Assembly: GCA_948678575.1 (NCBI GenBank)
Contig: CAPPGO010000011.1
Coordinates: forward strand, 3,370-67,369
Source: an uncultured Clostridia bacterium
GTDB lineage: Bacteria; Bacillota; Clostridia; TANB77; CAG-508
Reading direction: 5' to 3'
DNA: 64,000 nt
The notes below the pieces were generated by a model. The model made no database searches, had not been told where the DNA came from, and worked only from the letters and a program-made list of their open reading frames with translations. Position numbers and translations under genes: made by a program. Positions 1 to 9,763 of this stretch are shown one piece after another. The first letter of the stretch is position 1. Each line of letters starts with the position of its first letter.

Positions 1-2
1 GA

Positions 3-191
3 AACATTGTCGTTGCACTTGTCAATAATAATGATGAAGCTACATTAAAGAGATACAAAATTATTGATAATCAATTTATTATGTTAGAGCCAGACAGCTC
101 TTTTACAGAATTTGAACCAATAATCATTAATTTGAAAAATCAAAATTTTAGAATTATTGGTAAAGTTATTGGAAATTATAAAGAGTGGTAA
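3..191 (+). CDS. lexA: LexA repressor, C-terminal fragment (5' end outside window)
   Basis: Frame open from the window edge: NIVVALVNNNDEATLKRYKIIDNQFIMLEPDSSFTEFEPIIINLKNQNFRIIGKVIGNYKEW*. It is collinear with the S24-peptidase C-terminus of LexA. Confidence 0.6.
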   Translation, partial: NIVVALVNNNDEATLKRYKIIDNQFIMLEPDSSFTEFEPIIINLKNQNFRIIGKVIGNYKEW

Positions 192-221
192 AAAAAGTTC
201 AGTATAAAACTGAACTTTTTT
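191..221. terminator. Bidirectional rho-independent terminator
   Basis: 8-bp stem agttcagt/actgaact with an A-run on the left and a T-run on the right, between convergent genes. Confidence 0.6.
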
Positions 222-238
222 ACTATATTCTAAATCCC

Positions 239-766
239 TTATTTTTTCTTTCTTTTGACTATTTTTATAATCGTACTAATTATTACAACAGCAATTAGTA
301 TTGTACATACAAATATTATTCCATTACTCATTTTATCTATTTCTTTATCTGCACTTAATTCTTTCGTTTCTCCTTGAACAGTTTGCATTTCAACTGTTTT
401 ATTTTCTTCTTGCCAGTTTTCAAATTCTTTTAAAAACTTATCATAGTTTTTAGGAACTTCACCAATATACTCTAATTTATATTCACCATCTTGCTTTGTC
501 ATTTCTAAATAACATACATTTCTTTGTGGTGTGTCCCAAGAAGTATTATTTGCATCTACTGGTGTAACTTCAAAATTTATATTCATTAAAATTTTATTAT
601 CATTATTTGAATTTGTACCATATCCATTTATTCTATAATCTGTAATTCTTTTTTCAATAGGTGTTTCTTCACTTTTAAAATTTTCTAACCATTTTTCTAC
701 TTCTGGTTTCCAAATATCTTCTCTGTTGATACTATCTATTCTAGCTTCATATTCTTCTTTTTCCAT
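239..766 (-). CDS. Hypothetical protein with C-terminal membrane anchor
   Basis: ORF 239..787. The likely start is the internal ATG at 766, preceded by AAGGAGAG. Hydrophobic C-terminus IIFVCTILIAVVIISTIIKIV followed by KRKKK. Confidence 0.6.
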   Translation of the reverse strand: MEKEEYEARIDSINREDIWKPEVEKWLENFKSEETPIEKRITDYRINGYGTNSNNDNKILMNINFEVTPVDANNTSWDTPQRNVCYLEMTKQDGEYKLEYIGEVPKNYDKFLKEFENWQEENKTVEMQTVQGETKELSADKEIDKMSNGIIFVCTILIAVVIISTIIKIVKRKKK

Positions 767-793
767 TACTACACTCTCCTTTCGCACTCATAC

Positions 794-2068
794 TTAATTT
801 TTCTTTTCAATTTTGATTATTTCTTCTTTGCCATTTTTATTAACTACAACAGTTACCTCATCTGTCGCATCATATTTTGTTAAATCGTACATTGCACTAT
901 ATGTTAAACTTTTTTTATCTTCTGAAATATCCTTGCTTCCATTTTCTCTTGGTCCCATTGTAAATTCAAATTTTTCATTATTACTATTCAATAAATATAC
1001 TTCCACATCATACGCTTCATCATAAGCTTTTCTATAATTTTGATATTCTTCTGTCATCCATAATTTATTATACAAATATGAACTTATATCTGATTCAAGT
1101 GTTTTAAATTCACTATCTTCTGGTAAAGTTTTCAAAAATTCTATTTCTGGTGTTGTTGGTGGTTCTTTGGGAAGATTTGGTATAACATTTTTTAATTCTA
1201 CTTCTACTTCCATTCCAGTTTCATATAAAGTAGCATTAGTTACTTTATAATTTGAATTAGTAGAAGATTTTTGTACATATTGAATAGCTGTTCTATTATA
1301 CATTTTTTCTGGAACATTAACTTTAAAATACCAATTACCAGTTAAAGTAATTTCTCCATCTCCAAACATAGTATTCACAGTCTCATCTTTTGAAATATTT
1401 ATTTTTCCAAATTTTACATTAAGTTCTTTACTATTAGGAAAATGATCAGAACCAGTATAAATATTATATACAACTTTTAAAGTATGATCTTTTCTTTCTT
1501 CTAAAAAAGTATTAACTCCTGTATTTATAAATTTTTCATCATCTATGTATTCCATTGTTTTTTCTGTTCCAACAAATACTATATATCCATTCTCGTCTGT
1601 TATAACAATATCTGTAAAGTTCATTTCCCAAACATCTTCTGCTTCACCTTGTATTACTTCCAATGCTTTATCTGATAAATTAACATTAAAAGTCATACTT
1701 AAATTAAAATCATCCATAACTAGTTCATCAACTTTTACAGAAGTTTCTAAATCTTCAACTCTTTCACCTGTTTCTTTATTTTCCATTACTGTATTTGAAA
1801 TTTCTGGTTCCATTTCTGGCTTTTCAATATATCCTTCTTCCATTGCATGACCAATTCCATTACCAGTTGCCCAAAAATTTTCATATATTTTACTAGAAAT
1901 ATCTCTCGCAAATACAATACCTGTAATTGAAAACATACATATAACAACTGCAAAACTACTTTGCAATATGTTTTTAATTTTATTTTTTCTAGCTCTTTCT
2001 TTTCTAAAATTACTAGCACTAATGTTATCTTTTAAATTGTTTAAAATACTATCTTTATCCATAATCAA
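794..2068 (-). CDS. Putative anti-sigma factor (DUF4179-like, single-pass membrane protein)
   Basis: Start abuts the stop of the upstream ECF sigma gene. It has an N-terminal cytoplasmic segment, then the TM helix SSFAVVICMFSITGIVFA, then a large extracytoplasmic domain. Confidence 0.55.
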   Translation of the reverse strand: MIMDKDSILNNLKDNISASNFRKERARKNKIKNILQSSFAVVICMFSITGIVFARDISSKIYENFWATGNGIGHAMEEGYIEKPEMEPEISNTVMENKETGERVEDLETSVKVDELVMDDFNLSMTFNVNLSDKALEVIQGEAEDVWEMNFTDIVITDENGYIVFVGTEKTMEYIDDEKFINTGVNTFLEERKDHTLKVVYNIYTGSDHFPNSKELNVKFGKINISKDETVNTMFGDGEITLTGNWYFKVNVPEKMYNRTAIQYVQKSSTNSNYKVTNATLYETGMEVEVELKNVIPNLPKEPPTTPEIEFLKTLPEDSEFKTLESDISSYLYNKLWMTEEYQNYRKAYDEAYDVEVYLLNSNNEKFEFTMGPRENGSKDISEDKKSLTYSAMYDLTKYDATDEVTVVVNKNGKEEIIKIEKKN

Positions 2069-2605
2069 TTAAAAACCTCCTAAATTTAATAATCGTTTTA
2101 TTCTTTCTCGAGTTCTATGCAAAGTTGTTTTTACATTACTTAGCGATAAATTCATTTCCTTTGCAATAGTTTTCACTTTTTTATCTTCATAATAAAATTT
2201 TGTAAATATTAGATATTCTTTCTCTCCAAGTTTTTTTACATTTTCCATAATCCAATTATTTACTTCTTTTTCTTCTATGATTTTGTCGACATTAAATCTA
2301 GAAACTAAAATTTTATCATAATCTTCAATACTGAATTCGTTTGATAATTCTTTATATTTTTTGAATATAATTCTTCTAGTAATTCCAGCTATATATGGAC
2401 TAAACTTCAAATTTTTGTTAAGCTTCTCTGAATTTTTCCACAAAACTAAAAACACATCTGAAATAATTTCTTCTTCATCTTCTGCTTTAATCGTTCCAAA
2501 ATTTCTAATTATAGCTGTTATATAACTTTGATAATCTTCTAAAAGTTTTTCAAAATTCAATTTTTCTTTATCAAAATATGCTCCAATTAATTCTTCTTTT
2601 ATCAT
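2069..2605 (-). CDS. RNA polymerase sigma factor, sigma-70/ECF family
   Basis: 178 aa. Region 2-like SDVFLVLWKN and a region 4 helix-turn-helix (KTIAKEMNLSLSNVKTTLHRTRERIK). Confidence 0.8.
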   Translation of the reverse strand: MIKEELIGAYFDKEKLNFEKLLEDYQSYITAIIRNFGTIKAEDEEEIISDVFLVLWKNSEKLNKNLKFSPYIAGITRRIIFKKYKELSNEFSIEDYDKILVSRFNVDKIIEEKEVNNWIMENVKKLGEKEYLIFTKFYYEDKKVKTIAKEMNLSLSNVKTTLHRTRERIKRLLNLGGF

Positions 2606-2682
2606 AAATTGCTCCTTTATTTTGTCCTTACATCTATATATTGCCTTAAATTATATAAAAGGTTACAAAAAAGAGAATATTT

Positions 2683-4413
2683 TTAAATATTCTCTAATGT
2701 AAACTCATCTTTATTGAATTTTATAGTTGTAGGTCTACCATGTGGACAAGTATATGGATTTTTTAAAACCAATAAATTATCAATTAATTTATCTACTTCC
2801 ATTTTTGTTAAATCCATATTAGCTTTTACTGCTGCTTTACAAGCAACAGTTGCAATAAATCTTTCTTCTATATCTTTACCTTGACTTCTTTCACTTGTAA
2901 GCATTTCGTCCAAAGTATCCATAAACAAATCCTTACTAGTTGTTTTTTCTCTATATTCGATATCTGGAATTCCATTAATTTTAACACTATTATCCCCAAA
3001 TTCTTCTATATCAAAACCAGCTTTTTGAAAAAGTTCAATATTTTCTTTTACAAATTCACATTCTTTATGTGTTAAATTTATAATCTCTGGAATTAAAGTC
3101 ATTTGAGTATTATTTTTTAAATTGTTTTTATAATTTTCTTTAATTTGCTCATATAAAAGTCTTTCATGAGCAGCATGTTGATCTATTAAATAAATATCTT
3201 TTCCAACTTCTATTACTATATATGTTCTAAATAAAATACCAATATATTTATATTCTACTTTTCTTTTATTTTCACGCTCAATAATAGATTTTTCTTCCAC
3301 TGTATCTATTTCTTTACTTGGTATAATAGAAGGTTGTTTTATAAAATGATTAGTTACAAAATTATATTCTTTTTCTATATACTCAGTTTTTCTTTCTTCC
3401 ATTTCAGTATTACCTAAAAATTCCTTAGAAAGCATTGCACTTTTTATAGCATTATAAAATACTTTAAATATTTTATCTTCATCTTTAAATCTTACATCCA
3501 TTTTAGTTGGGTGAACATTAATATCATAATAACTTGCTGGCATATCTAAATTTAAAATAAAAAAGCCAAATTTTCCAATACCAGTTCCTCCACCTTTAAA
3601 TGCTTGATCAGCACTAGCTGTTAAAATATTATTTTTTATATTTCTTTTATTTAGAAAAACTATTTGATCTTTTCTAGTATCTCTGGCAATTAAAGTTGTT
3701 CCAATAACTCCACTTACTTTTATTCCCTCATCTTCATAATCTACTTTTATAATGTTTTCTTGAACATCTTTACCATATAATACATATATTAAATCATCTA
3801 TACTTCCATTTCCATTTGAAGAAAAAACTATTTTACCATCATTTATAAGCTTTATAGAAACATCTAAATGAGATACTGCAAATTTTTGCAACCATTCCTT
3901 TATATATCTAAATTCTGTACTGTCATTTTTTAAAAATTTATATCTAACTGGTGTATTGAAAAATATGTTTTCTACTATTATAGTTGTACCTGTATTGGAT
4001 GATACCTCTTCTGCTGAAACAATATCACCACCATCAGTAGTAATTTTTATTCCTATTTCTTGATTATCAGTTTTAGATATTATAGTAAAATTAGAAATTG
4101 AAGCAATACTTGCTAAAGCTTCTCCACGAAATCCCATTGTATATGTGTGTTCCAAATCTTCAACACTTCTTATTTTACTTGTAGCATGTCTTTCAATAGA
4201 AAGTGGTAAATCCTCTTTTTCAATACCTTTACCATTATCTGTAATTTTTATAAAAGATTTTCCACCTTTTTTTATTTCAACAGTAATTTTAGTAGCTCCT
4301 GCATCAACTGAATTTTCTACTAATTCTTTTACTACATTCGCTGGTCTTTCAATAACCTCTCCTGCTGCTATTTGATTAATACTTAGATCATCTAATAAAA
4401 CTATTTTCCCCAT
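2683..4413 (-). CDS. mutL: DNA mismatch repair protein MutL
   Basis: GHKL ATPase motifs (VVKELVENSVDAGAT, DNGKGI, GFRGEALASI) and the C-terminal CPHGRPT motif. Confidence 0.95.
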   Translation of the reverse strand: MGKIVLLDDLSINQIAAGEVIERPANVVKELVENSVDAGATKITVEIKKGGKSFIKITDNGKGIEKEDLPLSIERHATSKIRSVEDLEHTYTMGFRGEALASIASISNFTIISKTDNQEIGIKITTDGGDIVSAEEVSSNTGTTIIVENIFFNTPVRYKFLKNDSTEFRYIKEWLQKFAVSHLDVSIKLINDGKIVFSSNGNGSIDDLIYVLYGKDVQENIIKVDYEDEGIKVSGVIGTTLIARDTRKDQIVFLNKRNIKNNILTASADQAFKGGGTGIGKFGFFILNLDMPASYYDINVHPTKMDVRFKDEDKIFKVFYNAIKSAMLSKEFLGNTEMEERKTEYIEKEYNFVTNHFIKQPSIIPSKEIDTVEEKSIIERENKRKVEYKYIGILFRTYIVIEVGKDIYLIDQHAAHERLLYEQIKENYKNNLKNNTQMTLIPEIINLTHKECEFVKENIELFQKAGFDIEEFGDNSVKINGIPDIEYREKTTSKDLFMDTLDEMLTSERSQGKDIEERFIATVACKAAVKANMDLTKMEVDKLIDNLLVLKNPYTCPHGRPTTIKFNKDEFTLENI

Positions 4414-4426
4414 TATTTGCCCCTTT

Positions 4427-5261
4427 TTATAGTTTGTAATTATCTAAAAAATGATGTGTTTCTCCGTTTTTATGATATGAAATAATTGTATCTAAATTAA
4501 CATTTTGCACACTATTGAATATATTTACATCAACATTCTCATAGTCTTCACAAAGTTTTTTTATAAGAGCTTTTATCTCTTCTCTCTTCGAAGATTTTTT
4601 CTTATTTGCATAATCTTCTGTAAATTTACATGCACATTCTATAAATTCTAAACTGTTTTTATCTCTCCATTTTATAATATCTTCTTCTTTAACAAAATAT
4701 AATGGTCTAATAAGCTCCATACCGTGGATGTGAAGTACTACATACCTTTGGCATCATAGTTTGCATCTGTGCACCATAAAACATTCCCATAACTATTGTT
4801 TCGATTACATCGTTAAAATGATGTCCTAATGCAATTTTATTGCATCCCATAGCCTTTGCCTTCTCATATAAATAACCTCTTCTCATTCTTGCACATAAAT
4901 AGCATGGACTATCTTCAATCTTTACGACCCTACTAAATATATCTGTTTCAAACATTTCAATAGGAATATTAAGTATTTTTGCATTTTCTATAATCTTGTC
5001 TTTATTTTTTTCATTATATCCTGGATTCATAACAATAAAACAAACTTCAAAATTCATTTTTCTATGCTTTTTTAATTCTTGAAAACATTTAGCAAGTAGC
5101 ATAGAATCTTTTCCACCAGATATGCAAACTGCTATTTTGTCTCCTTCTTTTACCATTTCATATTCAGTTATACCTTTTATAAATCTTTTCCATATTTCTT
5201 TTCTGTAAGTTTTTACAATGGTTTGTTCTATTTCTTCATATCTTTCCATTCTAAGCTCCAA
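4427..5261 (-). CDS. PP-loop ATPase, tRNA 2-thiocytidine synthase (TtcA)-like; needs a +1 shift at CGG 4724-4722
   Basis: The two track ORFs (4707..5261 and 4427..4720) join as ..KVCSTSHP-[C]-GMELIRPLYFVKEEDI. PP-loop CISGGKDS. Joined length is 277 aa, typical of the family. Confidence 0.75.
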
Positions 5262-5931
5262 TAATATCCTTTATTACTTCTCCTGCTATAATTAATCCGG
5301 CAACTGATGGTACAAATGAAATACTTCCTGTCACTTTACCTTCATATTTTATAGGCTCTTCTTTTGAGTATAATACTTTAACATTTTTTATATCTCTTTG
5401 TTTTAATTCTTTTCTCATTACTTTTGCAAGAGGACACACAGAAGTTTTAGAAATATCTGTTATTTCAAACTTTGTGGGGTCAAATTTGTTTCCTGTTCCC
5501 ATTGAAGAAATAACTGGAATGTTTAACTTTTTAGCTCTTGCAATTATTTCAATTTTTGCTGTTACTGTGTCTACACAATCTACAACATAATTAGCTGTAT
5601 TGTCAAAAACATCTTCACTATCTGGCATAAAAAATTCTTGATATGTTTTTATTTTTGCACTTGGATTTATACTTAAAGCTCTTTGTTTTGCAATTTCTAC
5701 TTTTGGTTTTCCAATAGTATCGTGAGTAGCTATTATTTGTCTATTTATATTAGTTAAATCAACTTCATCTTTGTCTACTAAAATTAAATTTCCTACACCT
5801 GCTCGTACTAATGCTTCTACTACAAATGAACCAACGCCTCCAATACCAAATACAACAACCTTTGAATTTTGAAGCTTTTTAATTCCATCTTTACCAATTA
5901 TTAATTCAGTTCTCTCAAATTGATTTGCCAT
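5251..5931 (-). CDS. tcdA: tRNA threonylcarbamoyladenosine dehydratase (ThiF/MoeB-family, TcdA-like)
   Basis: NAD/ATP-binding VVVFGIGGVGSFVVEAL, then LVDKDEVDLTNINRQ. 226 aa. Confidence 0.8.
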   Translation of the reverse strand: MANQFERTELIIGKDGIKKLQNSKVVVFGIGGVGSFVVEALVRAGVGNLILVDKDEVDLTNINRQIIATHDTIGKPKVEIAKQRALSINPSAKIKTYQEFFMPDSEDVFDNTANYVVDCVDTVTAKIEIIARAKKLNIPVISSMGTGNKFDPTKFEITDISKTSVCPLAKVMRKELKQRDIKNVKVLYSKEEPIKYEGKVTGSISFVPSVAGLIIAGEVIKDIIGA

Positions 5932-6015
5932 AATAATCTCCTTTTTAGCGTTATTATTATATCACTAAAAAACAAAAAAGTCAGTATTTTTTCTCAAATA
6001 CTGACTAGTTTTAAA

Positions 6016-7209
6016 TTAAGTTTGTTCTATTTTTCCGTAGACTCCTCCTCCACCTTCAACAATGTGCATTTTTCCGTCACGAGCTCTAATAATATTATTT
6101 GCAATCTTCTCTCCAACAACAGCTTCTATATCATCATCTGATAATTTGTGCAAAATTGTCATTTCTGTACCAAAATGATTTAACAACTTATCTATTGTTT
6201 TCGCTCCAAGTCCTGGTATAAAGGTAAGTGGAATTTGATATATATAAGGAGGTCTAAATTCTGGACTTTTTGTATCCACCTTATCTTTTATTATTTCTAT
6301 TCTATCAAAAACTCCCATTGTGATATTTTTACTTTCGCAGTCTGGGCATTTAGTAACTGGTGCATCACCTGGAATTCTTTTATCACATACTTCACAATAT
6401 GTTCTATGATATTTTCCTAATTTAGGATCCATACCATAATTAGATATAATTTTTCTGCCATCTTCTCTTCTTAAAGCTTTTAAAAATTCTTTAAAGCTTA
6501 TTCCTTCAACCTGAATTTTATTATATTCTCTTGCGATTTTAGGTAATGAGTGTGCATCAGAATTTGTTAAAAATGATTTTGTTTCTAGCTCTGAAATTTT
6601 GTCAGCTAAAAAAGTATCTGAACTTAAACCAAGTTCAATTGCTGGTATTTTATCATATTTTTCCTTAAAAATTCTCTTTAATGATGATGTACAATTACCG
6701 TAAAAACTTTTATGTGGTGTAAATGCATGAGCTGGTACTAACACTCCATTATATTTTTCTACAATATCAATTAAATAATATGCAGAAATATCAGCTCTTT
6801 GTGAACTTAAAGTTATGTTTTTTATATGATGACTCATTTCATTTGAAAAGCCTTTTATATCTTTCAAAGTTGGAAAATAGCACAAATTATGAGCACTACC
6901 AGTTTTTCCATCATCATTTATTTCATTGGTTTCTATTTCACTTCCTAATATTATACATACTTTATCTTTATATATAATTCCGCCATCTTCTATTTCATAA
7001 GCATCACCATTTCTTAAAAAATTCTCTATATCTTCTATAACATAAGGTGAAGCACAATCTATAATTCCTACAAGATTTATTCCTTTTTTCTCTACACATT
7101 CTTTTGCAATATTAGCAAAATTTAAACTTCTTGCCGCTGTAATTTTTATTGGTTTTCCGTTTTCACTTCTTCCTATATGAACATGCATATCTGCAAATAC
7201 TTCGTACAT
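6016..7209 (-). CDS. Endonuclease Q-like PHP-domain protein (TIGR00375 family)
   Basis: N-terminal ADMHVHIGRS metal-binding motif, Cys4 zinc ribbon CEVCDKR..CPDC, and a C-terminal helix-hairpin-helix-like IPGLGAKTIDKL. Confidence 0.6.
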   Translation of the reverse strand: MYEVFADMHVHIGRSENGKPIKITAARSLNFANIAKECVEKKGINLVGIIDCASPYVIEDIENFLRNGDAYEIEDGGIIYKDKVCIILGSEIETNEINDDGKTGSAHNLCYFPTLKDIKGFSNEMSHHIKNITLSSQRADISAYYLIDIVEKYNGVLVPAHAFTPHKSFYGNCTSSLKRIFKEKYDKIPAIELGLSSDTFLADKISELETKSFLTNSDAHSLPKIAREYNKIQVEGISFKEFLKALRREDGRKIISNYGMDPKLGKYHRTYCEVCDKRIPGDAPVTKCPDCESKNITMGVFDRIEIIKDKVDTKSPEFRPPYIYQIPLTFIPGLGAKTIDKLLNHFGTEMTILHKLSDDDIEAVVGEKIANNIIRARDGKMHIVEGGGGVYGKIEQT

Positions 7210-7274
7210 TTTTGCCTCCTAAAATTCAATTCTTTGTCATTATATTTTAATTCGACAAAAAATTCAAGTGCAAA

Positions 7275-7306
7275 AGAAAAAAGATAGGTTCTTGCCTATC
7301 TTTTTT
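7275..7306. terminator. Rho-independent terminator after rnpB (bidirectional shape)
   Basis: Stem aagatagg/cctatctt with A-run and T-run flanks. Confidence 0.55.
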
Positions 7307-7311
7307 CATAT

Positions 7312-7653
7312 AAAAGTAAATCTGTAAGCCGGGTTCTGTCGTGAATAGTCATTTATCTAGAATATATATTGCTATATATTTCAAGCCACGCAAATCGAGA
7401 AAATGGCGAGCAGCCTTAACTTTCTCTATGAGGTGTTGCTCCAGATAGGGTTTACACAGCCAATATGTCACCATACTGCTGGTGGGCTTTTACTCCACCT
7501 TTTCACCTGAACCTATAAAGGTTGTTATTTTCTGTTGCACTTTCCCTAAGGTCACCCTCGCTTGACGTTATCAAGTATCTTTGCTCTACGGAGCCCGGAC
7601 TTTCCTCTCATGAAGCCTTTCGGCTTTCATCAGCGACTATTCAATTTACTTTT
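7312..7653 (-). ncRNA. rnpB: RNase P RNA
   Basis: The minus strand carries GAGAGGAAAGTCCGGGCTCC (P4/CR-I, rc of 7592-7611) and ACAGAACCCGGCTTACAG (CR-V, rc of 7322-7339). The ends can pair as P1 (AAAAGTAAAT / ATTTACTTTT). End coordinates are approximate. Confidence 0.85.
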
Positions 7654-8007
7654 TGGTGGAGGTGCGGAGAGTCGAACTCCGGTCCAATAAATCTTCCACA
7701 TAAACTTCTCCGAGTGCAGTTTATTATTTAAATTCCCATATTTAACACTAATAAACAAGTTTTAAATATAGTAGCTTTTAAAAATGCCTACTAATATCAA
7801 AAGCAAATATTAGCTTCGTTTCCTGCTAATCGTCGCCTTATCTTAAACCGCAGGTTGTAAAAGTAAGACGTCACTGCAACTTAGGCAGCGAATGCTAATT
7901 CTTTATTATCAGCGTTTATTTTTAATTTTTGCCTTTTATAGTGGCCAGGCAACTCCACTACTCGCTATTTATCCTTCTAATTTACTGTCGAAACCAAATA
8001 CACCCCC
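7654..8007 (-). ncRNA. ssrA: tmRNA (SsrA)
   Basis: 5' end GGGGGTGTATTTGGTTTCGACAG and 3' end CGGAGTTCGACTCTCCGCACCTCCACCA on the minus strand. Internal tag ORF GCT GAT AAT AAA GAA TTA GCA TTC GCT GCC TAA (7913..7881) gives (A)ADNKELAFAA. Confidence 0.9.
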
Positions 8008-8030
8008 ATATTCAATTCACTGTATATATT

Positions 8031-8059
8031 ATTATACTCTTTTTATTCTTTCTATGCAA
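8031..8059 (-). promoter_or_regulatory. Sigma-A-type promoter for ssrA (and probably rnpB)
   Basis: Minus strand TTGCAT-17 nt-TATAAT, about 20 nt upstream of the tmRNA 5' GGGGG. Confidence 0.5.
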
Positions 8060-8181
8060 GCAAATCTTGCAAATATTATGTAAATATGATATAATTAAAA
8101 TATCTAACCGTGTTTTTTTAGCACATAATTTGACCATATATAATATAACAAAAAAACATGAGACCAAAGGAGGTTTTTTAT

Positions 8182-8562
8182 ATGGGAAAAGTTACAAAAA
8201 AATATAACTGGGGCTACTCGGTTATTGACTTTCATGGCTTAAAATATGCTAACACTGATTCAGACGATCAAATTCACACTATCAGTACAGCTGTAATCAA
8301 AGCCAGAACATTCATTCCGTTACACATCCAATTCGAAGGTAGCGAACAGTATCAAGCATTGACATGGGGATTACATGCTTTGACTCTTTCGCTTGAAGAA
8401 GCCTCAGCCTTGACGGACACCGAAATATTAAAACAGTTAAAAGATGCTCCTCAGATGAAAATTAGTGAAGTTTCAACATGCCACAAAGGTCAGCTTCATA
8501 TTTTGTATAATTCATCAGACATTGAAGCGAGATTAAAAATTATTAATTGTTTTGAGGATTAA
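8182..8562 (+). CDS. Hypothetical protein (compositionally foreign)
   Basis: ATG at 8182 preceded by AAAGGAGG. The ORF is visibly more GC-rich than its neighbours and uses TCG/CCG/ACG/GCC/CAG codons that are rare elsewhere in the window. A strong terminator follows. Confidence 0.6.
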   Translation: MGKVTKKYNWGYSVIDFHGLKYANTDSDDQIHTISTAVIKARTFIPLHIQFEGSEQYQALTWGLHALTLSLEEASALTDTEILKQLKDAPQMKISEVSTCHKGQLHILYNSSDIEARLKIINCFED

Positions 8563-8585
8563 TTTACAGAATGAAAAAGATGGAG

Positions 8586-8619
8586 AATCGTAGCAAGGAA
8601 TTTTGCGCTACGATTTTTC
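8586..8619 (+). terminator. Rho-independent terminator
   Basis: 9-bp stem aatcgtagc/gctacgatt followed by a T-run. Confidence 0.65.
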
Positions 8620-8738
8620 TGATTTTAATAATAAAATACTGATTATGCCCACATGATTATCACCTTTTAATATAAAAAAATTTATTGAGATTTACATTAT
8701 TTTATGATACTATGATAAAAAACCGAAAGGACTAAAAA

Positions 8739-9746
8739 ATGAATGAAATTTTAAAAAACTTTACTCATAAAGTTAAATATGATTATAATTTACAAAATAA
8801 ACATCTTTTCAAAAAGAAAACTGGAAATGCAAAAGCTTATTATCAATTAATTTTTGATGATGCTCTACCTAATGATTTAAAAGTTTTACATGAAATGTAT
8901 AAGAAAAATTTGCCTTTTAAAATTTTTGGATTACATACTAACTTATATATAACAGATAATGGATATGATGGCTTATTCCTTGATGTTGATACAAAAAGTT
9001 CTAACATAACTTTTAACAAAGAAACAGAAGAATTCACAGTAACTTCAAATGTTGTAGTTAGTAATTTTGTTAATTACACAAAAGAAATGGGCTATGATTT
9101 TGCTATGTTAACAGGTATTCCTGGTGTTATTGGTGGTGGTGTTGTTGGAAATTCTAGCTACCCTCATGCAATAACAAATACCTATACAAAAGCATTTTCT
9201 GATTTTGTTAAAAAAATTATTGTTTATGATTTTGAAATTGGAGATTTTATAGAAATTATACCAGATGAAACTTTCTTCTCTACTCGAAATAGCTTTTTAA
9301 AACAAGCTAATAATCCAAAAACAAGATATTTTGTTAAAGAAGTAATTTTAAAAGCTGATTACATTGGAAAAGATGAAGTACAAAAAAATTTTGATATTCA
9401 AATGAATAGACGAAAACCATCTTTAAAAATTAGTTTTGAAGAAGGAAACGCTGGTAGCTTCTTCTCTACTCAACACATGCAAAAATTAATTGGAGAAACT
9501 CAAAAATCTTTACTTATAAAACATCCTTCAATAAATATAAATGTAAATGGTGCAACTTTTAGTCCAAATGGTAGTATGCACTTTACAACAAGTGAAAATA
9601 CTACTGATAAAGATTCTGCTGATTGCTTACGACATTTCACTCAAACAGTAAAAGAAATATATGGAATTGACTTACATAAAGAAGTTATGATTCTTGATTA
9701 TGATGGTGAAATAAATTTACAAACTTTCTTTGATAGAAATAAATAA
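8739..9746 (+). CDS. Divergent MurB-like (UDP-N-acetylmuramate dehydrogenase family) FAD-binding-fold protein
   Basis: Collinear with MurB landmarks: IFGLHTNLY (vs GxGSNLL), TGIPGVIGGGVVGN (vs GIPGSVGGA), NAGSFFSTQ (vs AGSxFKNP), C-terminal HKEVMIL (vs ExEV). The FAD-loop residues are diverged. Confidence 0.5.
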   Translation: MNEILKNFTHKVKYDYNLQNKHLFKKKTGNAKAYYQLIFDDALPNDLKVLHEMYKKNLPFKIFGLHTNLYITDNGYDGLFLDVDTKSSNITFNKETEEFTVTSNVVVSNFVNYTKEMGYDFAMLTGIPGVIGGGVVGNSSYPHAITNTYTKAFSDFVKKIIVYDFEIGDFIEIIPDETFFSTRNSFLKQANNPKTRYFVKEVILKADYIGKDEVQKNFDIQMNRRKPSLKISFEEGNAGSFFSTQHMQKLIGETQKSLLIKHPSININVNGATFSPNGSMHFTTSENTTDKDSADCLRHFTQTVKEIYGIDLHKEVMILDYDGEINLQTFFDRNK

Positions 9747-9763
9747 TTATTTGGAGAAAAAAT

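Noticed and set aside
4700-4740. Sequencing or assembly indel errors (homopolymer or methylation-motif artefacts) as the cause of the frameshifts.
   Set aside because: None of the sites lies in a homopolymer. The flanking sequence shares no motif beyond CGGW. Every insertion falls exactly at a codon boundary before a conserved Gly, while about 45 out-of-frame CGG strings in genes are unaffected. This still needs read-level confirmation, which I cannot do here.
7522-8207. Track ORFs 7522..7731, 7892..8083 and 7929..8207 on the plus strand.
   Set aside because: They overlap the rnpB and ssrA RNA genes and their promoter. No RBS, low-complexity translations.
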